NCBI GenBank assembly: GCA_963785305.1
Contig: CAWAUV010000007.1
Location: 864,001-928,000, forward strand
Source: an uncultured Planctomycetaceae bacterium
GTDB lineage: Bacteria; Planctomycetota; Planctomycetia; Pirellulales; PALSA-1355
DNA length: 64,000 nt
Direction of reading: 5' to 3'
The position numbers and the translations under genes were made by a program. The notes beneath the pieces are model-generated. The model did no database searches, was not told where the DNA came from, and was given only the letters and a program-made list of their open reading frames with translations. Of this stretch, positions 1 through 11,034 are shown piece by piece; the stretch's first letter is position 1, and each line of letters begins with the position of its first letter.

Positions 1-260
1 ATCCAAATCTCGCCGCGGCGGCTGGCCACCGCGAGCCGGCCATCGGGCATCCACTCCAAGGCGCCGCTCTCGAGCACCACGCCCTCGGGAATCGGCAGGG
101 CGAACATCGGGTAGTAGTCGGCTTCGGTCGGCTTGGCGGGCGAAGCCGATTTATCTTCGGCCCAAGCCGGCGCATTGCCCAGCGACGCGAGGACCGCCGC
201 GGCCAAGAAAGCCGCGAACCGAAACTCGCGACGCGGCGAAACCGAGCGAGCAAGCGACAT
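1..260 (-). CDS. Secreted planctomycete-type protein, N-terminal part (runs off the window)
   Basis: Manual translation from the ATG at 260: MSLARSVSPRREFRFAAFLAAAVLASLGNAPAWAEDKSASPAKPTEADYYPMFALPIPEGVVLESGALEWMPDGRLAVASRRGEIW. Signal peptide followed by a propeller-like start. Confidence 0.65.
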   Translation of the reverse strand, partial: MSLARSVSPRREFRFAAFLAAAVLASLGNAPAWAEDKSASPAKPTEADYYPMFALPIPEGVVLESGALEWMPDGRLAVASRRGEIW

Positions 261-366
261 GGTGAGTGTTTCCGACATTGGGTTTTGCTTTCAATCGAAT
301 TTTCAAAGGCCGGCCCCAGGCGCCCGATTCCGTGGAAAGGTCCGGGCGATCTGGTGGCGCGAGTGG

Positions 367-1407
367 TCAGCGTTTCTTGAGCGTCAGCAGGTATTCCACG
401 ACATCGGTCAGATCCTGCGCACTCATCAGCTTCTGCAAATCGGCGGGCATGATCGAGGTGGGAAGCTTCTTGAATTCCTCGACCTCCGACATCTTCAAGG
501 CATGCACGATGCCGTTGATATCCTTGAGCGAGACGTCGTCGTCGGTCTTGCTCATGAGCAGGCCCGAGATCACTTTGCCATCGTCGGTCACGGCCACATA
601 GGTTTCGTAGTTGTGGCTGATGCCGGCGCTGGGGTCGAGTATCGCCACCAGGAGCGCTTCCTTGCCGAGTTTGGTTCCGATCTCGCTCAGGTTCGGGCCG
701 ATATCCTTGCCTTGACCATCGACAATGTGGCACTTGGCGCAGGTGGCCGTGGTCTGGAAAAGCTCCTTGCCGTGGGGCACGGCGCCTTTCATTTCGAGCA
801 GCTTGGCCAGGGGTGGTAGCGGAGTGGCGCCGGCCGAAGCGGGGAGTTGCAAATACTCGCCGGCCGCGGCGCGAATATCGCCTTGCGCCGAGGCCATGAG
901 CACATTGGCCACGGTGAAGTTCAAGTCGGCCGGCAACTTTTTGTCCTTGGCCAGACCGAGCAAATATTTTTCGCCCGACGCCGATTTGCCCACGGCCACG
1001 GCCGCGGCGCTGCGCACCGCGAGCGGGCGAGAAGCGTCGGTGACCGTGGGCTCGAGCAAATGGCTGACCTCGTTGCCACCGCCATTGCCGAGCGCCGCGA
1101 TCAAGGCCGCGGCGCACGGCGCATCGTCGCCGCCGATCGTTTGCGCGATTCGCTCGCGGTCGAGTTTCATCAGCAACTCGGCCGCCTTGACGCCGGCGGT
1201 TTCGTTCGGCTGGGCGACCGCCAAGTCGAGCAGCGGGCCCGCGGCGTCCTTGATGCCGAATCGTTCGATCAATTGAAAGAACTGCTCGCTGCCCGGATTG
1301 GCCCGCAGATAGCGGAGCACCGCCGCCTTGGTCTTGGGCTTCGCGTCGAGATCGACGCTGCTCAGCCGCAGAAGCGATTCGACGATGAGCGCATCGCGCC
1401 GGGTCAT
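367..1407 (-). CDS. HEAT-like repeat + c-type heme-binding domain protein (PVC-type CxxCH domain)
   Basis: GKELFQTTATCAKCHIVDGQGKDIGPNLSEIG...ILDPSAGISHNY...SIMP..L signature. Likely start MTRRDA at 1407. Confidence 0.85.
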   Translation of the reverse strand: MTRRDALIVESLLRLSSVDLDAKPKTKAAVLRYLRANPGSEQFFQLIERFGIKDAAGPLLDLAVAQPNETAGVKAAELLMKLDRERIAQTIGGDDAPCAAALIAALGNGGGNEVSHLLEPTVTDASRPLAVRSAAAVAVGKSASGEKYLLGLAKDKKLPADLNFTVANVLMASAQGDIRAAAGEYLQLPASAGATPLPPLAKLLEMKGAVPHGKELFQTTATCAKCHIVDGQGKDIGPNLSEIGTKLGKEALLVAILDPSAGISHNYETYVAVTDDGKVISGLLMSKTDDDVSLKDINGIVHALKMSEVEEFKKLPTSIMPADLQKLMSAQDLTDVVEYLLTLKKR

Positions 1408-1580
1408 CGTCGGCCCGCAGCACGCCGCCGCCGAGCATTCCACCACATACGAGCGCGCAGAGCCCCGCCATCCATGGGCGACGCCCGACGCGCGAATTTC
1501 GATCGCGTTGCATCGTGCCAGACTTCAAGAATGTGAACCCTCGCGGAGAATGTTTTGTCGTTGCCGATCGTGATCGGCGA

Positions 1581-1616
1581 TGGTTATTTCAGTGGTTATT
1601 TCAGCGGTTATTTCAA
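1581..1616. repeat. 3 x 12-bp tandem repeat (TGGTTATTTCAG-like)
   Basis: tggttatttcag tggttatttcag cggttatttcaa read directly. Confidence 0.85.
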
Positions 1617-1631
1617 CAGCCATTCCCGTCC

Positions 1632-4600
1632 TTATTCCAAAATCAACAAAGCCTCGAGCGCTTTGTCTTTCTCCGGTCCGCTGGGCAGGAAATCGAAGGC
1701 CCGCATATACGCGCGGCTGATCTTGCTTCGGCGTCGCCGGGTCCTTGATGATCTTGACCAAGAGGGCCGGTGTCTTGGCCGCGCGGCTGCGCCAAATGAT
1801 ATCGCGACCGCCGGGAGCGCCGAGCGGATCGGGCGACAAGGCCAAGTAGGCGTCGAGGCAAGCATCCCAGTTCTTATCGGCCCCGATGCCGAGCGCCTCG
1901 AGATACCAGCGATCTTGCCCGTCGTGCTTGGCCGCCAATTCGGCCCAAAGCCTGGCGGCCTCGGGCGACTGGCAGTGCCGCAGGGCGATCGCGCATTCGC
2001 GCCGCACCGCCGGGTCGGGATCATTCACCAGCGGGCGAACGATCTCGATCGGGTCGAGCTTCAACTCCCGGGCCAGACGAATGCCGGTGACGCGGATATC
2101 CGGATCGCCGTCGCGCGTGGCGGCTTCGACCGCCGACTTGCCGGCCCCCTCGATCTGGCCCCAGAGCCACAAAGCGCGGGCCCGCACGCGCGGATTCGAC
2201 TTATCGTCGTAGAGCTTGGCCAGGGCGCCGGTGGCTTGCTTGCCCATGTTTTTCAGCGCGGTAAACGCCAGATAGCGCACCGAGAAGTTCGGGCTCTTGA
2301 GCGCTTCGGCGGCGCCATCGGCCGTGGAATAGTCGTACTTGGGAACGGTGTACTTCACGCCCGGCGGCGCCACGCGGAAGATGCGGCCCTTGTCGACTTC
2401 TTGTTGATTGTGTCCGCCGACGCCCGGGTCGTACCAGTCGGCCACGAACAGCGAGCCATCGGGGGCCACCGAAACATCGCTCGGGCGGAACCAATTGTCT
2501 CGCGCACCTTGGAGCACATTGGCCACGGTGGCCGTGTAGCCGGCGCCGGATTTCGTCGCCGGATAAGCGCGGCACACACTCGGGCCGGCGTCGCAGTGAA
2601 TGATCTGATTGCGAAACACCGCCGGCAGCAGCGTGCCTTCGTAGATCGTGATGCCGGTCGGCGAGCCGCCGCCGGTTTGGAGCAGGTTCGGCACCACGCC
2701 CGGATCGTTCAGGTGCCAGTGGCGCTTGGGAATTTCCTCTTCCCAGTTGGTCCGTTTCTGGTTCCAACCGGCGCCGGTGAGCTCGTCTTTGTAACCGTAG
2801 TTGCCGAATTCCATCACATAGTTGATGCGCACGCCTTTGTTGCCATCGTCGTCGTTGTCGGACTGCCAGACGGTTCCGAACGAATCGACGCTGAGCTCCC
2901 AATTGTTGCGGAAGTTCCAGGCCAGGGTTTCGACCCCGCTGCCGTCGAGATTCGAGCGAAACGCCATGCCTTCTTGATAGGGCTTGCGATGGCTGTTGAT
3001 TTCGTTGCCCGCGGCGTCGACAAGCGGCTTGCCATCGCGGTCGCGGATTTGGCCTCCCGCGTTGCCGAAGTTGAAATACAGCTTGCCGTCGGGGCCAAAC
3101 ACGCAGGCATGGATGCCGTGGTCGTGTTGGGTGCCCGAGATGCCGCTGAAGAGTGTTTCCTTGTGGCTGAGCTTGAGGCTGGCCGGGTCGTAGTGGAAGA
3201 CTTGAATCTTATCACCGGCCGAGACGAACACGCGATCGCCCAGCACGCAGATGCCATGCACCGAGTCGATATCGGTTCCTTGATAAAACACGGTTTGCTT
3301 GTCGCACACGCCATCGCCGTCGGTGTCTTCGAGCACGAGAATTCGGTCGCCCTCGGGACGGCTGCCTTTCCACTTGCGATAGTTCTTCACCTCGCCGGCC
3401 CAGACCCGGCCTTGGGCATCGATGTCGATCGTGGTGATGTTCGAGATTTGCGGCTCGCTCGAGAAGAGCGTGGCTTCGAGGCCCTCGGCCACGTCGAGAT
3501 TGGCCACGGCGTTGGCGGCTTCGTGCTTCGGCGACTGGCCGGCCACTCCGTTGTTGATGCTCGCCAGGAAATGACTGCCCGGCGATTGGGTAAAGACGCA
3601 GAAGGTCACGGTGCTGCCGCAGCCTTGGCGCAGGCCGCCATCGTCGAGCGCGCCGCGAGCCTTGAAGCGGTCGTAGCCTTCGGGCAGTTCATAGGCGACG
3701 AGGCTATTGGCATGGACGCCCAGGCACGAGGCGACCGACTTGCCATCGATTTTCGCTTCTTGACCATCGCAGCGTTTGTCGACGCTGACCTTGCCGTGGC
3801 CGCTTTCGGCCGTTTTCCAGCGGAGCTCGGTCAATTTCTTTTCCCCCGCCGGGCCCACGAGACGCGGCTCGCACCAATCGGCCCAGTCGCAGCTGATGCC
3901 ATCGCCGGCGTCGGTCACGACCAGATACAGCTCCTTGGCGCCATGGATATCGACATCCACGTCGACCACCTTGCCGGGTGTCTCCGAGGAGACGACCTTG
4001 CTGGTCCAGGCCGGTTTCACATGCTTGGCCTGCTCTTTGGCGTCTTTCGATTTGTCGCCTTTTTTCGTCGCGTCGGTCGATTTGCCATCGGTCGCTTTCG
4101 TGTCGTCCTTGGTGTTGCTCTTGTCGGCTTCGTCGGCCGGGAGACCGATCTTCTTGCGAATGCCGGCGCGGTCGAGGTTGGCCGGAACCGGCTCGTCTTG
4201 ATTCACGACCAACTCGTTGAGCGTGATCGGTTTATCGCTCACGCCCTGGGCAGGCACTTCGATCTTGGCGGTCCAGAGGATCGCGTTGAGCACCAGCTTG
4301 CGGAAGTTCGGGTCGCCCCAGTTCCAGTGATCGTGGCCGCCGGTGAAGCCGAAGCCGCGTCCGCCGCCGACATTTTCCGAAGCCCAGGCCACGACCTGCG
4401 GCTCCTTGTTTTCGAGCACCGCGCGGCGCACATCGGGATTGCCGCTATGGGGGCCATCGGGCCGGGCGAGCGTCGAGGCCGGAGGCAGGCAGCTCAAGAT
4501 CGGCGTCACGCCCCGCATGTCCGGCCGAAATCGCATGTGGTAGTACCACTCGTCGTTGATCTCAAACGGCTTGACGCCCCGGGTGATCGGATGATTCGGA

Positions 4601-5091
4601 AACGAATCGAACTTGGCCGTCCAGTGCGGATTCACCGAGTGGTGCATCTCGAAGTAACCGCCGATCCAGTCGAGGAATTCTTGCCCGCCATTTTCCTTGG
4701 GCACTTCCACCGCATAGTGCAGACACACCACGCCGGTTCCCTTCTTGGCCAGCGCGTCGACCTCTTGCTTGTGGGCCAGCACCATGTGCCCGCCGCCGCC
4801 ATCGCAGTACATCACGATCGCGTCGGCGCCTTCGAGCGCTCTTTCGTCTTTGGGCCAGCCGTTGTGAACGACATCGATCGACAGCTCGGGCAGGGCGGTT
4901 TTGAGAATGTGGGCCAAGAGGTCGCAGCCAGCGTTGTGCTCATGGGCGCCGTAGCCGTGGCTGGGATGGCCGGCGATGAACACGATCTTTTTCTGGACGT
5001 CGTTTTTTGCCTCGGCCGCGGCGTGGATTGCGAGCGAGCCGCACAACGAGACGGCCGCCAGAACAACGAGGGCAAAGCGAGAACATCGCAT
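1632..5091 (-). CDS. ThuA-like + NPCBM + PVC-type membrane-bound dehydrogenase beta-propeller + HEAT repeat protein; frameshift near the 3' end
   Basis: Signal peptide, ThuA-like domain (HPITRGV..F..DEWY, GFTGGH), NPCBM (DGISCDWADW), propeller (LEDTDGDG, FRNNWE, RPSDV..APDG.L.VADWYD). True C-terminus ...KALEALLILE* is in the 1632..2024 frame. Confidence 0.85.
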
Positions 5092-5277
5092 CCGCGAAAT
5101 CTCCAAAGTGGGGTGGGCGCGAGGCGGGGAAAGCCAAAGCGTCGGGGGCGAGGGGCGGGCCATGTTTCAGGGGCCGCCAACCGAGGGAGCCGATTGCGTT
5201 GAGCCTAGTCGCCCCAAAACCGCTTGTCAAACTTTTCCGGGGTGGCGGGCGCACTCGAGTCCAGCGCCGTTTTTTCT

Positions 5278-6499
5278 TCAGTGCCCCGCGTTTCCTTCCT
5301 CCGGCAGAAAGCCATCGTGGGCGAGGGCTTCGCGCAAAACGCGCGCGTGCTCCCAATCGGCGGTTTCCACGGTGCAGAGCACATGGACTTCCGTCACGTC
5401 GGGACCGGAAAAAGCGCGGTCGTGCAGAATCTCCTTCACGCTCGCCCCGCACTCCGCGATCCGCTGGGCCAGTCGGGCGAGCCCGCCGGGACGATCGCTA
5501 ATCGTGGCCGTAAAGCGGCACAGTCGGCCATCGGCCACCAGGCCCTTTTCGATCACCCGCGTGAGCACCATTGGGTCGATGTTACCCCCGCTCAGGACGA
5601 GCGCCACGCGGCGGCCCCGCAGTTCGGGCAGCGCCCCGCTCATGCAGGCGGCGAGCGGCGCCGCGCCCGCGCCTTCGACCACGCTTTTCTCGAGCTCCAC
5701 CAGCCGCAGCACCGCCAGCGACAACATCTCTTCGCTCACCGTGACCACGCGATCGATATATTGACGGGCGAGCGAAAACGCGAGATCGCCCACTTGGCCC
5801 ACGGCGAGCCCATCGGCCAGGGTGGGCCGCATGTCGAACGCCATCGGCCGACCGGCCGCGAGCGATGCCGTGAAACTGGCGGCATGCGCCGGCTCGACGC
5901 CGATCACCAGCGTTTCTGGCCGCAGCGATTTCACGGCCAAGCCCACTCCGGCCGCCAGTCCGCCGCCGCCGATCGGCAACACCAGGGCGTCGAGATTTGG
6001 AACCTGCTCGAGGATTTCGAGGCCCAGCGTGCCTTGGCCGGCGATGATCGCGGGGTCGTCGAAACCGTGGATATAAGCGAGTCCGTCGCGCTCGGCGAGG
6101 AGCATCGCCCGGCGCCGAGCTTCGGCAAACGTGTCGCCCTCGAGTAGCACGTGCGCCGAGCCGGCGGCAGGTGGTCACTTTGATGAGCGGGGCGAAGCGC
6201 GGCATCACCACCGTGACCGCGATGCCAAGCAGCGATCCATGATACGCCAGCCCCAGCGCATGATTGCCGGCCGAGGCGGCCACCACTCCCGCGGCCCGCC
6301 GAGCCGGATCGAGCAGCAACAGCGCATTGCGGGCGCCGCGCTCCTTGAAGCTGCCGGTGCGCTGGAGATAGTCGAGCTTGCAATAGACCTCGGCGCCCAA
6401 GAGCTCGCCGAGCGGAATCGATCGCGGGCAAGGCGTGTTGTAAATGCCGTCGGTGATGCGCTGGCGGGCCGCGCGGAGGTCGTCGAGCGTGAGCGTCAT
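5278..6499 (-). CDS. ilvA: Threonine ammonia-lyase with C-terminal ACT domain; frameshift at ~6150
   Basis: QRTGSFKERGA PLP-lysine motif, ASAGNHA, PIGGGGL, LSGGNID and ACT (DRPGGL), split over ORFs 5582..6526 and 5278..6150. Confidence 0.9.
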
Positions 6500-6568
6500 G
6501 ATCTCCCGGCCGGGGCTGCGAGCCAATCCCTTAACGGCGCATCGGTCGGCTCGCGGCGCGTCCGTTCG

Positions 6569-7870
6569 CTAGCGGCACATTTGGGAGCGATAGTGCTCTT
6601 GAATGGCGCCGAGATTGACTCGATTGAAAAAGTTGGAATAGGCCATCCACATCGCGAGGCCATTGAGGTCGCGATACTGGGGGGCCAGGTACTTGGGCTT
6701 GTCGATCACGCCTTCGCGCCATTTGTCGTGCAGCACCACCACGTCGTCGAGCGTGACTTTGCCGCAGAACAAAAACGGAATCAGGTCGGGCCGGCCGAAG
6801 CGGATCGCGGTGCGCAAGAAGTTGTAGCACATGACGAACCCCTTGCAGTAGGTGATGTCCTTCGTGAAGGGGCCGCCGCCGGTGGGCAAGCTGCCGCGAA
6901 ACACGCGCGTCGCGGCGGTGAGGCATTCTTTTTCGGGATAGCCCTCGGTGCGATAGAACTCGATGATGTCGAGGAAATTGGCCCCGTCTTCCACTTTGTC
7001 GCAGGCGAGAATTCGGTTGTTGAGCTTCTTGGAGCGGAGCGGATTGGCGGTGAAGGTGATCACCTCCATGAGCACCGCGAGCCCTTCTTGAATGGCGGTG
7101 GTGCAGGGAGGCCCCTTGGCCAGCCAGTTGGCCACGCGCTGCTTGCCCCCGTTGATGCTGGTGCCGACATGGACCCAGCCTTCGTGGACCTCGAGCAGAT
7201 CGACCTCTTTTTCCGAGAACAACACGCCGCGGCGAATCTTCACATAGTCGGCCCCGGCGGCGGCGTCGGAAATAATTCCGTCGTCGAGCTTGGCCTCGAC
7301 CACATCGTCGTGAAAGAAGCTGGCGAAGCGGGCATTGAGCTTCTCGACCACCTGCTCGGCGGTGAGAACCTTGGGATAGTAGGCGCCCAGCCCGTCTTCG
7401 GGAATATGGGTCAGAATGTCATAGAGCAAGAGGCCGAGATCGCGCAGCGTGGTGGTGTCGCCGTCGAATTGGTCCTTGGGGCTGCCGTAGAGCTTTTTGG
7501 AGTATTCGTAAAAAGCCGGCGTGCCGCGGCCCTCGAGCATTCGCACGCTATCCTGGTATTCGTTGCAATTGCGAACGAGAATGTTGATCAGTGGATCGTC
7601 GAGGCCCACGAGCCTCGCCGCGTCGCGCTTGATCGATTCGAACTCCTCGATCTTCGTGGCGGGGTCATAGGGCAGCGGGTTCTTTTCGCGATACCAATCG
7701 GCCGTGATGTTGGGCAAGCGGCGGAACTTGCTTTGAATCAGCTCTTGCTCGGTTTGGTCGTCCCATTTGATGCCGTCGCGAATGCGGATCGGCTTTTGGG
7801 CATTGACGAGCCGCACCGAAAGGGAATGCACGCGTTCCTTGTACGATGTCCAGGCGCCGGATTCCTTCAT
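6569..7870 (-). CDS. QEGLA-motif / DUF1704 family metallopeptidase-like protein
   Basis: VHEGWVH (HExxxH), IQEGLA, RVFRG and FTKD..Y..G motifs. Confidence 0.9.
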   Translation of the reverse strand: MKESGAWTSYKERVHSLSVRLVNAQKPIRIRDGIKWDDQTEQELIQSKFRRLPNITADWYREKNPLPYDPATKIEEFESIKRDAARLVGLDDPLINILVRNCNEYQDSVRMLEGRGTPAFYEYSKKLYGSPKDQFDGDTTTLRDLGLLLYDILTHIPEDGLGAYYPKVLTAEQVVEKLNARFASFFHDDVVEAKLDDGIISDAAAGADYVKIRRGVLFSEKEVDLLEVHEGWVHVGTSINGGKQRVANWLAKGPPCTTAIQEGLAVLMEVITFTANPLRSKKLNNRILACDKVEDGANFLDIIEFYRTEGYPEKECLTAATRVFRGSLPTGGGPFTKDITYCKGFVMCYNFLRTAIRFGRPDLIPFLFCGKVTLDDVVVLHDKWREGVIDKPKYLAPQYRDLNGLAMWMAYSNFFNRVNLGAIQEHYRSQMCR

Positions 7871-8134
7871 GGGTCGTGACCTCTTTCTCGGTGGTGACCC
7901 GCCTATTGATAAAGCTGCTCGCGCCGAAGGCGCGTAGTGTGCGCCCGAAACGCCAAAAAAACCTGCCTGGAGCCCGCTAATATTGATTCTTGCAAATGTC
8001 GCGAGGAAAAGCTACGGGCGGCCTTCTCGTGAGACATTGGGATGCTCCGAGAGCCAATAAGGAGCATCCGGCGGGCAGCGTCAGCCCTGGAGTAAACACG
8101 CTTCAAAGCGAGTAAGTCGCGACCTCGCGCCAAT

Positions 8135-8767
8135 TCAGGCCGATTTCGGTGGATTTGACGCCAAATGCTGAAGGATGAGAATGCCCAGCGGTCCGTCATC
8201 GCCACGCATTGCCGCAGCCATGATATCGCCGTACGGTTGGGACGGGCGCGGATGAATTCTGGCCTGCGCGGGAATTCCGAACCGTGAAAGAGTCCATAGT
8301 CAAATGAGCCGCGATAGCCGGCCGTTACCATTGCGAAACGGATGGACGCGTATGAACGTGCCAATCAGGACGGCTGCAATGCCCGCAACATGGTGCGCCC
8401 GCTGTTCGGGCGTCAGGACTTCCCATCGGAGCTCGGTCTGGGCAAGCGATTTTCGTAGTTGATCATTCAACGTCGCCATTGCCGCCAATACGCGGTGAAA
8501 GGAAATGGCGGGAATCCCTCCCACATGCACGTCGATCCCCAGGCAAACCATCTCGTTGTGGCGCTGGCGGAAATTCCCCGCGTAATAGTCAAGAGGGACG
8601 ATGCTGGAAAAGATCGTTCGATGCCAGTCTTCGATATCGGATGATTCCAGCATGCGCCGCGACGATGACTGATGGACCCGAGCGTACGCGGACCGAAGCT
8701 GCCAAAAAACGGCGTCTTTTCCGAGTGGAATCTCATCTGTCCATTCAGGACATCGGGCGTTCATCAA
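8135..8767 (-). pseudogene. Fic-domain protein with an in-frame nonsense codon at 8300-8302
   Basis: HPFRNGNGRLSR Fic motif. After the TGA the same frame continues LWTLSRFG...PYGDIMAAAMRGDDGPLGILIL...SA* (stop 8135), a typical Fic C-terminus. Confidence 0.8.
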
Positions 8768-8801
8768 AAGCCTGGCGATCGGATTCTAGGAGTTCGTCTA
8801 G

Positions 8802-10716
8802 TCCTTAAACAAGCGTACGCGGTTGCGTTTTGCGGCGGTTTCGCGTGGCCGGCGGTGCGCGCGGCGTGAGCGGGCGGCGCCGGCGGGCGCGCTACTCTCG
8901 GCGGCGGGTTTTTGTTTGGCATTGGCGGTTGGCTTTCCTGGTTCGGCGTGGCGGCGGACCGGAGCGTCCGGACTCCGGCTTCAATTGATCGGCGTCAACA
9001 TCGCAGGCCGTCCAGCCAGCGAAACAACACGACTTGCCAGCGATTCCAACCCAACAAACGATAGATCAATCTTCGCCCGCCACGCACGATTTGACATGGC
9101 ATCCGAATGAAAGCGTTGCGGAATGTCTTGAACTCCATCTTGAGCACCGTCTTCTTTTCCTCGCGCCGCGCTTCTTGTTCGCGGCCCGGCGGCTCGGGCA
9201 AGAGCAAGGCCCACCACGCCTTCAGGTTCCAGGCCAGCGAGACCATCACCATGTAGGCCCAGTTGCTCACCAAGTTGTCGACCGGCGCGTGCAAGGCGCG
9301 CACCGCGCCTTTAAGCTGCGCGTTCAGGTTCTCTTGATCGCAGCGGTCGTTCGCCTCGAACACCACTTCGGCCGGCGTGAGCTCGCGATCGTTCGTCAAG
9401 TAGAAGAAGTAGCGATAGCTGGAAAACAGCGTCCGCTGACCTTGGTGCTCGTCGATCCACTTGCGCACCACCACCAGGCGATACACCTTCTTGCACGCCG
9501 TGGGTCGATAATCAAACTCGGCGACCTCTTCGCCCACCAGCCGCAGGTTCTTGAATTCCCGCTCGCGCACGATGCCTTCCTTAACATTGGTCGGCCGTGC
9601 GCGGTGCTTCGTCTTCACGGCATAACGCGGTGCGCGCTCGAGCGGTTGCCAGGCCTTGTCCTTCAAGTCGTCGGCCAAAAGCTGCAATTTCAGCTTGGCG
9701 TCCATGCCGAACACGAATCGCACGCGCGGGTCGTCCGTCCAGCGGTCCAGATGCGTCGTCTGCGAGAAGTCGGTGTCGCCGCGGAGCAACACCTTGCGAA
9801 AGCCGCCGGCGAAGCAGACTTCCAGCGCGCGATCGACTTCGGCCGCCGCCCCTTCGTGGCTGGGCCGGTTGCCCGAGCGGTTGACGATCGAGAACACTTC
9901 GCCCGTGTTGGCCAGCGACACGACCAGCGGATGATAGCCCCATTCGCCCTTGTGGGAGATGTCCATGCCCTCCTTGCACTGGCCGCCGGTGGGCGCGAAC
10001 ACGCCGTCCATGTCGATGCGGGCTTGGGCGAAGAACTCGGCGGGCTGGCGAGCCCAAGCTTTATGTCGTGTTTCGTGGAAAGCTTCTTGCAGCGCGCGCA
10101 CGTCGCTCGGCTTGAAACGTCGGCAGAAGTCGCCCGCCGTGGTCGGATCGGGCACGCGCCGGGCGCCGAGCGCGTCGAGATAGACTTCGTCGTTGCGGCG
10201 CAGTTCGAGGTCTTCCAAGCAATCGCCGTCGCACAAGGCGTTGAACGCTAGGTTGAGCACATGATCGCTCTCATGATATGGCAGATGCACCTTGAGCAGA
10301 TGCAATCGCCGATCGATCGCTTCGGCCAGCCCCAGTTCTTGGACCAGCAACCGCATCGCGCCCAAGCCGCCATAAGCCATGCCTTGCGCGCGCTCCGCAA
10401 GCTCATACTTGATATTGCCGGGCCGCATGATCGGGCGCTCGCAACCCTCGCAGTTGTGCTTGTCGATGCGCCGCTCGACCCGCCGCTTGCATGCGGCGAG
10501 ACGTCGGCGTATCTTGGCCCGTGTTCTTCGGCCCTTGGCCTGCGCCCTCTGACGCTTGGCCCGCGCTCTTTGGTTCTTGGCTTTCACTCGAAATCCCTCG
10601 GTGGCCGTGGTGTTCGTGACTGGCAAAAAACACAGAATACCGCAAATCCGCCGAGGGATTTCGCTTTTTTCCAAAAATCTCCCCGCCCACGCCTCAAAGG
10701 GATACTGGTTTAAGGC
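8802..10716 (-). mobile_element. IS1380-family insertion sequence, copy 1
   Basis: Terminal inverted repeats (T/G)CCTTAAAC, CTAG target duplication at 8798-8801 and 10717-10720, near-identical to 17884..19797. Confidence 0.92.
8995..10674 (-). CDS. IS1380-family DDE transposase
   Basis: PDPTTAGDFCRRF, IDMDG, GYHPL, LLRGDTDF, R...EN...QLK, N.A+M....LA.NL motifs. True start may be downstream of the ORF start. Confidence 0.92.
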   Translation of the reverse strand: MEKSEIPRRICGILCFLPVTNTTATEGFRVKAKNQRARAKRQRAQAKGRRTRAKIRRRLAACKRRVERRIDKHNCEGCERPIMRPGNIKYELAERAQGMAYGGLGAMRLLVQELGLAEAIDRRLHLLKVHLPYHESDHVLNLAFNALCDGDCLEDLELRRNDEVYLDALGARRVPDPTTAGDFCRRFKPSDVRALQEAFHETRHKAWARQPAEFFAQARIDMDGVFAPTGGQCKEGMDISHKGEWGYHPLVVSLANTGEVFSIVNRSGNRPSHEGAAAEVDRALEVCFAGGFRKVLLRGDTDFSQTTHLDRWTDDPRVRFVFGMDAKLKLQLLADDLKDKAWQPLERAPRYAVKTKHRARPTNVKEGIVREREFKNLRLVGEEVAEFDYRPTACKKVYRLVVVRKWIDEHQGQRTLFSSYRYFFYLTNDRELTPAEVVFEANDRCDQENLNAQLKGAVRALHAPVDNLVSNWAYMVMVSLAWNLKAWWALLLPEPPGREQEARREEKKTVLKMEFKTFRNAFIRMPCQIVRGGRRLIYRLLGWNRWQVVLFRWLDGLRC

Positions 10717-11034
10717 CTAGTTCGAGATCGCTAAGGAAATCGCTTGAACATCGCATGGAATTGCTTTGGAAATGCCGAGCCGCATCGGCCACAAGCGAAT
10801 TCAAGTCGACTCCCAAAGAAAACGCGGCGTCGGCAAGCTGGCGATCGAACGAGTTCAGATTCAAAGCGGCGCCGCCGCTGTTATCGTTGGATGAGCAGTA
10901 ATACAGAAAAAGTTTCGTGGCTTCTGACTGACGACGCGCGAGTTCGGAACCATCGGGACCGAAGGAATTATTGCTTCCTGGAATCGGTTCAAACCGCCGA
11001 GCGACCGCAGGTGGTTGATCGAATGGAATGAGAG

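Noticed and set aside
1555..5202. Long antisense ORFs (e.g. 1555..5202 +, 6131..7879 +, 11954..13840 +, 35554..37038 -, 46301..47710 -)
   Set aside because: Shadow ORFs opposite well-supported genes, expected in high-GC DNA, with no recognisable motifs.
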